Position numbers and translations under genes: made by a program. Of a stretch of 64,000 bases of DNA, positions 57,941 through 64,000 are shown in pieces. The number at the start of each line of letters is the position of its first letter. Positions within the stretch are counted from its first letter, which is position 1. Source of the DNA: a virus (Duplodnaviria > Caudoviricetes); IMG/VR virus record IMGVR_UViG_3300003523_000012, positions 29,904-93,903 of that record, one strand, 5' to 3'. The notes under the pieces are model-generated. The model did no database searches. It saw nothing but the letters and a program-made list of their open reading frames with translations, and was not told the DNA's origin.

Positions 57941-58471
57941 ATGAAACTATACATATATAGAAATGATGAAGGAACGGAAGAGAGAGATCTCTTCTGTTCC
58001 TTTGAAAATGTTTCAAGGGGTAATGAAATAGAACTTTATGGCATGGCAAGCAACACACCTTACTATGCTATGATAACCGATGATGAAGATACTCCTTTAG
58101 AGCACACTACTACAATGAGTGGTGTACAATACGACTATGATTGGTTCTTGACCCTTCAAGCAGACAACTCTACTGCTGGAACATCTAAAGAAGGATATAG
58201 AATACTGCTAGTTGATGATGAGAGTTATTTTAAATTATTGCTAGATGAGGAAGAAGTAGATATACAAGAAGATGAGACCTATTGGTTTGATCTATACACA
58301 AGTGACAAATTTGAATCAGGATTTGAACTATATGTACAAGATGTCCCTTATGTAAATATCATTGAGCATTTAAACAATTTAGAGCTAGGGACATTCTATT
58401 ATATTATAGCAAAAAGATCAAAGGAAGGGACCGGAGAGCTAGCTTATTCCGAGATAAAGCAAAAGGTGTGA
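57941..58471 (+). CDS. hypothetical acidic protein
   Basis: 176 aa in structural operon. Confidence 0.7.
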   Translation: MKLYIYRNDEGTEERDLFCSFENVSRGNEIELYGMASNTPYYAMITDDEDTPLEHTTTMSGVQYDYDWFLTLQADNSTAGTSKEGYRILLVDDESYFKLLLDEEEVDIQEDETYWFDLYTSDKFESGFELYVQDVPYVNIIEHLNNLELGTFYYIIAKRSKEGTGELAYSEIKQKV

Positions 58472-58532
58472 TGTGTGGTTTCATTAGAGTATATACTAGA
58501 TTTATTATAAATTTATAAAAGAACTAATTGAC

Positions 58533-58982
58533 ATGTCAGAATTAGATAAGAAGATACTAAACATCATCCAGATATCAAGAAGAGATGAGATCTCAAAATG
58601 GGAGAATTCTGAAGTTCCATTGTACAAAGGTGAGATAGCTCTTGGATATTCAAATGGTGTTCTTACTGAACTTAGAGCTGGTGAATGTCAAAAAGATAGT
58701 GGAACCGGCAAAGATATAGAATGGACTGGTACTCCTTGGAGTGGTTTAAAAAGTTATATTCCAGTTTTTCCAGTAGTTCCAACTGCTAGTAAAATTAATA
58801 AAGTCTTAGGTTATGATGAGAATGGCATTGCTACTTTGCTTCCACATTCTTCTGGCACATTAGCTATCGCTTCTAAAGCAAACACTGCTATTACAGTAGA
58901 CCAAACAGCTGAAGGGTATGAGATTGGTATTGATGGAATGGATTGGACCATTGAGTGTGGTGACTACACTTCAGTAATATAA
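58533..58982 (+). CDS. short tail-fibre-like protein (Mtd-N-like)
   Basis: W...PLYKGEIAL; C-terminal WTIECG. Confidence 0.55.
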   Translation: MSELDKKILNIIQISRRDEISKWENSEVPLYKGEIALGYSNGVLTELRAGECQKDSGTGKDIEWTGTPWSGLKSYIPVFPVVPTASKINKVLGYDENGIATLLPHSSGTLAIASKANTAITVDQTAEGYEIGIDGMDWTIECGDYTSVI

Positions 58983-59017
58983 AGGATTAAAAAGTAAAAT
59001 AAATAATATAAAATACA

Positions 59018-60319
59018 ATGGCACAAAAATTATTGAATACAAGAATTGGTCTAAAGTATGATACTTTAGCTAATTGGCAAGGAGTTGAGAACACATTTAA
59101 ACCTCTTAAAGGTGAAGTGATTTTCTATGAGATTCCTGCTGCATCTGGAGAAGTAGCTGATGAACCTGCTATTCTATTCAAAGTAGGTGATGGAACAAAT
59201 TTTCTAAAAGATCTTCCTTGGGGTTCAGCCATAGCAGCGGATGTCTATGCATGGGCTAAACAACAATCATTGCTTGGTGGACAATACAATTCAGAAACTG
59301 GTTGGGATTTCAGTGAAGCAAATTCAATCCAAAAAGAGTCTCAAGATGAAGTTGGTGGTTTTGTTGGCAATTTGGTCAAACTTCGCGTAGTAGCTGATCC
59401 AGATCAAGAGAACACTTACAACATTGAAGTGTCTACAGATGGTGGTCACAGTTGGACACCTTCTGGAACTATCCACATGACCCCAGAGGCTTATGCTGGT
59501 GATGATACTACTATTGTAGTTGATGAGAACAACACCATCTCAGTAATTCCAGCTAATCTTGGTTACACTTCTGGTTCTGGTATTGATATTGGCACTGATG
59601 GTGGAGTCCTTACTTCTGGGGATGTAGAAGCTATTACTGATTACATTGATGCTAAAGCTACTGCTAATGAAGTCACTGTTGAAAAACTTGCTAGTGCAGA
59701 AACTGGTTATGCTTCTTCTTATGTTGTAAAGCAAAATGGCGTTCAAGTTGGTGATACCATCAATATTCCTAAAGACTTTGTTGTAAAGAGTGCTACTCTT
59801 GAGACTTGTCAAACTGCTGATGTTCCTGTTGCTGGACTTGTTCCTGGTGACAAGTATATTGATTTTGTAGTAAACACTTATGATGGCACAGCAACTGACA
59901 CTCATATCTATCTTCCTGTAAAAGACTTAGTAGATGTCTATACTGGTGGTGATACTGATTACATTTCTGTAAGTGTCGATAACAATAATGTCATCACTGC
60001 TACTTTGAGAAGTGAGATGATTGCAAGCTCAATTGGCTCTGGCACAGGTGAAGACTTGATCCCTACTGTAGATGCAGTTAGAGACTATGTACAAGATGAG
60101 ATTCAAAATGCTACTCCAAACATCCAAGCTGGTGATGGTATTGAAGTTACTACTACTTCTGGAACAACTAAAACTGTTGAAGTAAAACTTGATGAGACTA
60201 ATAGTGATATCACAGACAATGCTGGTTCTGGTCTTGTGACTTCTTCAGATGGTTTGAGAATTGATGATTCTCTTGTATGGATTCTTCAATCTGGCGGTGC
60301 TACTTCTAACATTGACTAA
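59018..60319 (+). CDS. tail fibre protein (Mtd-N/hyaluronidase-N-like N-terminus)
   Basis: NTRI.LKYDT..NW...PLKGE...FKVGDG...KDLPW. Confidence 0.7.
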   Translation: MAQKLLNTRIGLKYDTLANWQGVENTFKPLKGEVIFYEIPAASGEVADEPAILFKVGDGTNFLKDLPWGSAIAADVYAWAKQQSLLGGQYNSETGWDFSEANSIQKESQDEVGGFVGNLVKLRVVADPDQENTYNIEVSTDGGHSWTPSGTIHMTPEAYAGDDTTIVVDENNTISVIPANLGYTSGSGIDIGTDGGVLTSGDVEAITDYIDAKATANEVTVEKLASAETGYASSYVVKQNGVQVGDTINIPKDFVVKSATLETCQTADVPVAGLVPGDKYIDFVVNTYDGTATDTHIYLPVKDLVDVYTGGDTDYISVSVDNNNVITATLRSEMIASSIGSGTGEDLIPTVDAVRDYVQDEIQNATPNIQAGDGIEVTTTSGTTKTVEVKLDETNSDITDNAGSGLVTSSDGLRIDDSLVWILQSGGATSNID

Positions 60320-60340
60320 CCAATAAATTGATATATAAAC

Positions 60341-60375
60341 AAAAAGCTCCTAGGATCAATTCTAGGAGCTTTTTT
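60341..60375. terminator. bidirectional intrinsic terminator
   Basis: aaaaagctcctagga-tcaa-ttctaggagctttttt. Confidence 0.8.
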
Positions 60376-60380
60376 ATTTA

Positions 60381-60454
60381 AGGAGGTATAATTATATCAG
60401 GTACACTGGGTTCCGCCATCTAGGGCGGGCTGAGGTGCCACAGGCGGCGAAATT
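60381..60454. repeat. dispersed GC-rich element, copy 6
   Basis: tataattatatcaggtac...ttccgccatctagggcgggctgag...aggcggcgaaatt. Confidence 0.85.
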
Positions 60455-60464
60455 CCTGCTTGGA

Positions 60465-60761
60465 TCAGGCTAAGAAATATGAACATACATCTTTTTTAGT
60501 GGGATTGTCAGGTTCAGAGAATTCTACAATGATCTTGTCATCTTCTTCTTTGACAACTTCATATATATTGCCAATGTAGTCATCTTGGATCATCTCTTCC
60601 CATTGGTCTAATGCATGAAAATAGTCAATCAAAGTCTCTTTGCAAAAATGTCTCTCTAGTCTGGTGAAAGCTTCTAGCACAAATATAGGTGCTTCTTCTG
60701 GATCAAAAAGCTCTTTTAGTTTTCCTGAGCTTTGTAAGGAATTCAAATAATAAATGTCCAT
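60465..60761 (-). CDS. hypothetical protein
   Basis: 98-aa ORF. Confidence 0.65.
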   Translation of the reverse strand: MDIYYLNSLQSSGKLKELFDPEEAPIFVLEAFTRLERHFCKETLIDYFHALDQWEEMIQDDYIGNIYEVVKEEDDKIIVEFSEPDNPTKKDVCSYFLA

Positions 60762-60865
60762 TCCATTTTGTTCTCATTTTATAAATATATAAAATAGAAT
60801 TTTTCACTTTAACTCTCAAGAATTATTATTCATTATAGAAAAAAATCAAATAAATATATAAATTT

Positions 60866-62761
60866 ATGGCCGTAAAAAGATTTAATACTAGAATTCAGCT
60901 GAAGAATGACACTGGTTCCAATTGGTCGAGTGCTAGTTCTTTAGTTCTTCTAAAAGGTGAGTTCGCTTGGAATTCAGATATTAATAACTTCAAAATTGGT
61001 GATGGTACAAGTGAATTTTCAGCACTCCGTTATGTTCTCCCAGCATTTGGTAATACTTTAATTGCAACTGCTGTGAATGGTGTTAGTACTTATCAAGTAA
61101 ATATTGATAATAGTACTATTACATCAAATAATGGAGTCTTAAGTGCAGTTCCTCAAGGTACAGCTGCGTCTCTTACCATCGGTTCTATGGAATTTGATGG
61201 CACAACTGCTAAAACTGTCACCACTGGAACTGGTCTAGAATTTGATCCGTCTTCTGCAGCAACTAATACTATTGCTATCAAGCACTCTAATAGTACAGTT
61301 ACCGCAGGAACATATGGATCTACAACACAGATTCCGTCTTTCACTGTTGATGCACAAGGACATATTACAGCTGCATCTAACAACAACATCACAGTTGGTG
61401 ATGCTGAGCTGTCTCTTACTGGCGACACATGGTTGGTTGTTGGAACAGGAACTGGATTCACTGCAAACTCTACAACTGATGCAGCATACACAGTCACTCA
61501 CAAAGCAGCTACTGATACTGGAACAACATCTTCAGAAGTTATTGGTGCTACTACAGCTCCAACAGAAGAACAATCAGCTTCTAACACTGGAAAGATTGCT
61601 AAATTTGATACAGTTACTTATTCTTTCGACACTGCAGGTCACGTAACTGGACATAATGTAAAGACTAACACTATCGTCTTCCCTAGCGCTGCTGATCTAG
61701 GTCTATCTAGTGCAATGCACTTTATTGGAACATCTACATCAGATCCAAAAGGAGAAAGTGGTGCAACTGTAAGTGGACATACCACATGGGAAAAAGGTGA
61801 TGTTGTTCTTTATGGTAATAAAGAATATGTTCTAAGTGGTGACAGTAATATTGCTGCTAATTGGACAGAACTTGGTGATGAAGGTTCTCATGCATTAAAG
61901 ACTGTAACTATCACTGGTACTGGCGCACTAGGTGGTGGTGGCACTCTCGAACACAATAGAGAAATTACTCACAATACTTCTGGAGTAACTGCAGGAACTT
62001 ATGCTACAAATGCTGCTACTACTTTGACTAATGGTGGAACATTCAATATACCGCAAGTTACTGTTGATACATACGGTCATATCACTGCTGCTTCTGATGT
62101 CACTTTGACACTTCCTACAATTACTGCAAACGATGCTACATTGAGTATTAGTGATGGTACAAATACCGATCAAATTTTCTCTGCAGATGCTAGCACAAAT
62201 GCAACTGTAACATTCACAGGAAGCACTGGAATCACTACTACAGTAAGTGACAATGCAGTAACCATCGGACACAGCAATTCTATTACTGCAGGTACTGCTT
62301 CTGGAAGTGCAACTGGAACTGTTTCTTACGGCGGAACTATCGATATTCCTACTGTTACTTATGATGGTCAAGGTCATATTACTAGAACTGACACAACTAC
62401 TGTAACTCTTCCCGCTGCTCAAATTGCTTCAGAAGTATCTTATACTAATACTGATAGTGGTTTAACTACATCAAATGTTCAAGATGCTATTGATGAATTA
62501 GATGGAAGAATTGATACTATTGAAACTGGTACTGTAACTAATGTAACTGTTAATGGAACATCTATAGTATCAAACAGAACAGCTGCTATTACTACTTCAA
62601 ATACTGAAGATATTGCTTTTACAACTGATACTACAACTGGTGCTCTTTCTGCTTCATTGGTTGAATATGACTCATTCATCTTCGACTGTGGTACTGCTAC
62701 TACCAATACTGCAGAAACAAATAATCAGTTCACTAACAAGTCTTCACAATCTAACTCTTAA
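60866..62761 (+). CDS. tail fibre protein
   Basis: NTRIQLKNDT..NW...LLKGE...FKIGDG; repeated AGTY...TVD..GHIT; C-terminal FIFDCG. Confidence 0.75.
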   Translation: MAVKRFNTRIQLKNDTGSNWSSASSLVLLKGEFAWNSDINNFKIGDGTSEFSALRYVLPAFGNTLIATAVNGVSTYQVNIDNSTITSNNGVLSAVPQGTAASLTIGSMEFDGTTAKTVTTGTGLEFDPSSAATNTIAIKHSNSTVTAGTYGSTTQIPSFTVDAQGHITAASNNNITVGDAELSLTGDTWLVVGTGTGFTANSTTDAAYTVTHKAATDTGTTSSEVIGATTAPTEEQSASNTGKIAKFDTVTYSFDTAGHVTGHNVKTNTIVFPSAADLGLSSAMHFIGTSTSDPKGESGATVSGHTTWEKGDVVLYGNKEYVLSGDSNIAANWTELGDEGSHALKTVTITGTGALGGGGTLEHNREITHNTSGVTAGTYATNAATTLTNGGTFNIPQVTVDTYGHITAASDVTLTLPTITANDATLSISDGTNTDQIFSADASTNATVTFTGSTGITTTVSDNAVTIGHSNSITAGTASGSATGTVSYGGTIDIPTVTYDGQGHITRTDTTTVTLPAAQIASEVSYTNTDSGLTTSNVQDAIDELDGRIDTIETGTVTNVTVNGTSIVSNRTAAITTSNTEDIAFTTDTTTGALSASLVEYDSFIFDCGTATTNTAETNNQFTNKSSQSNS

Positions 62762-62788
62762 TCTTAATTGATATCCTTATATAGAAAC

Positions 62789-62815
62789 GGGTTGGAATTG
62801 TTCCAACCCTTTTTT
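62789..62815 (+). terminator. intrinsic terminator
   Basis: gggttggaa-ttg-ttccaaccc plus T tract. Confidence 0.8.
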
Positions 62816-62871
62816 ATTTCTTTAGATGTCTAGTTGATTTATTATAAGAATATATAAATCTGATTTTTTAT

Positions 62872-63507
62872 ATGAGCATAGCTACTAAGAAGGTATTGAT
62901 AAAAAAGAAAGACGTGACATCTGTGCAGGATCTGGACACATTCTTGTCCAGCATGAACTTGGTTTTTGGTGAGCCTGCAGTATTATCTAAGTCAAACTAC
63001 AACAGACTCTATATTGGTGACTATAATGGAAACAAGATACTTGTAGGGCCATATCTTGCAGGAGATGGAATCTCACTTAATGATGGTGTGATCTCTATGA
63101 CATATCCTATTACAGCTTTAGGTGACGCTGGTCAAGTCCTGTCAGTCAATTCAAATGAAGATGCAGTAGAATGGAGGACTCTTATTGGTATAGAGCATGG
63201 AACAACTGCATATTGGGCAACTAGAACTGACTATGTTCCTGCAGCTGGAACTATATGCATATATGATGACGCATATACAAAAGACAATGTGTCCTATCCA
63301 AGAATCAAGATAGGAAGTGGAAATGCTTTTATAGCAGATTTAGCATTCACAGACAAATACCTTGAAGACCTTATAAATGATCATATAAATGACAGTGTAA
63401 GTCATATAACTGCAGCTGAAAGAAGCACTTGGAACAATAAGATACATCTTTCAAGCAATGACACTGTTACTGGAGAGACATTACAATTACAAATAACAAC
63501 AAATTAA
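62872..63507 (+). CDS. tail-fibre-associated protein
   Basis: L.FGEP; internal W...YVP.AG...IKIGSG...DL.F; HITAAERSTWN. Confidence 0.6.
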   Translation: MSIATKKVLIKKKDVTSVQDLDTFLSSMNLVFGEPAVLSKSNYNRLYIGDYNGNKILVGPYLAGDGISLNDGVISMTYPITALGDAGQVLSVNSNEDAVEWRTLIGIEHGTTAYWATRTDYVPAAGTICIYDDAYTKDNVSYPRIKIGSGNAFIADLAFTDKYLEDLINDHINDSVSHITAAERSTWNNKIHLSSNDTVTGETLQLQITTN

Positions 63508-63533
63508 AAAATAAAATAAATATTATATAAATT

Positions 63534-64000
63534 ATGTCAAAAACTGCATGGGAAACCGAGAATCTTCTTAGTAAAATAACTTTACCTAGTGGCAATACAT
63601 ATATTATAAAAGATGCCACTTCTAGAGATAATATTGATGACTTGTACACCTTAGTAAATGATCTTAGCTCTGCTACACATTTTTTAGGTGTAACAACAAC
63701 TGAACTTTCTGATGGTGCAACAACATCAACAATTACAATTAGTGGAGAATCAGTTACTGCTTCTTCTGGTGATATTGTTATTTATGGTAGTAAGGAATTT
63801 ATTTTTGATGGAACAAACTGGCATCTCTTTGGAGATCTTTCTAGTCTTGGATCTCTAGCTTATAAAAATTCTGCAACTGGTTCTACTGGATGGGCAAAAG
63901 GAAATGGTGACAATGTTCTTGGAGAAGCTACCACATTCACTAATGCTTCATCTGCTGTAACATTTACGGGTGGAACAACAGATAATGTTTTAGGAGAATC
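63534..64000 (+). CDS. tail fibre-like protein (runs off window)
   Basis: MSKTAWETENLLSKITLPSGNTY...THFLGVTTT...GDIVIYGSKEF, similar to an internal domain of 60866-62761. Confidence 0.7.
   Translation, partial: MSKTAWETENLLSKITLPSGNTYIIKDATSRDNIDDLYTLVNDLSSATHFLGVTTTELSDGATTSTITISGESVTASSGDIVIYGSKEFIFDGTNWHLFGDLSSLGSLAYKNSATGSTGWAKGNGDNVLGEATTFTNASSAVTFTGGTTDNVLGE

Noticed and set aside
2466-60454. CRISPR array
   Set aside because: Repeats are dispersed or lack unique spacers; no cas genes in the window.
23362-62850. TTATTAT late-promoter motif upstream of several genes
   Set aside because: Plausible, but not distinguishable by eye from the AT-rich background.
956-63649. Many antisense or nested ORFs in the track (e.g. 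956-1249, 3604-4116, 61928-62422)
   Set aside because: They lie within longer opposite-strand or other-frame genes and have low-complexity shadow composition.
1-64000. Genome-wide TAG-to-Gln recoding (code 15)
   Set aside because: Long genes are intact in code 11 and several end naturally at TAG; in-frame TAG was seen only in the PTH operon.
50708-64000. Diversity-generating retroelement
   Set aside because: Mtd-N-like domains are present, but no reverse transcriptase or TR/VR pair was seen in this window.

Overview
This AT-rich 64-kb window looks like part of a large T4-superfamily (jumbo) myophage genome in the standard genetic code. A Bacteroidota host is inferred only from boxA-like sites and tRNA styles. 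Layout: early hypothetical genes (0-5 kb); baseplate genes (5-14 kb, minus); family-B DNA polymerase; a ~10-kb non-coding RNA island (17.3-27.9 kb); then UvsW-like helicase, gp4-like nuclease, RNase H-like exonuclease, a glycosylation cluster, NDP kinase and tail-fibre/structural genes (48-64 kb). The island holds 32 tRNAs covering all 20 amino acids, one of them an amber-suppressor candidate. It also holds a permuted two-piece tmRNA, tRNA-like and unassigned structured RNAs, two endonucleases and a PTH2-like gene, and it ends at a TROVE/Ro60-like vWA gene. Main candidate novel systems: (1) the Ro60-like protein with eight ACAGCAA-stem RNAs, some fused into tRNA bodies and two in its own leader; (2) an amber suppressor tRNA next to a TAG-interrupted peptidyl-tRNA hydrolase and a TAG-containing minigene; (3) a codon-sampling leader-peptide attenuator in front of the tRNA array; (4) eleven small proteins with different bodies sharing a 17-aa N-terminal leader; (5) a dispersed GC-rich quasi-palindromic element. 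All calls come from manual motif reading; no searches were run.
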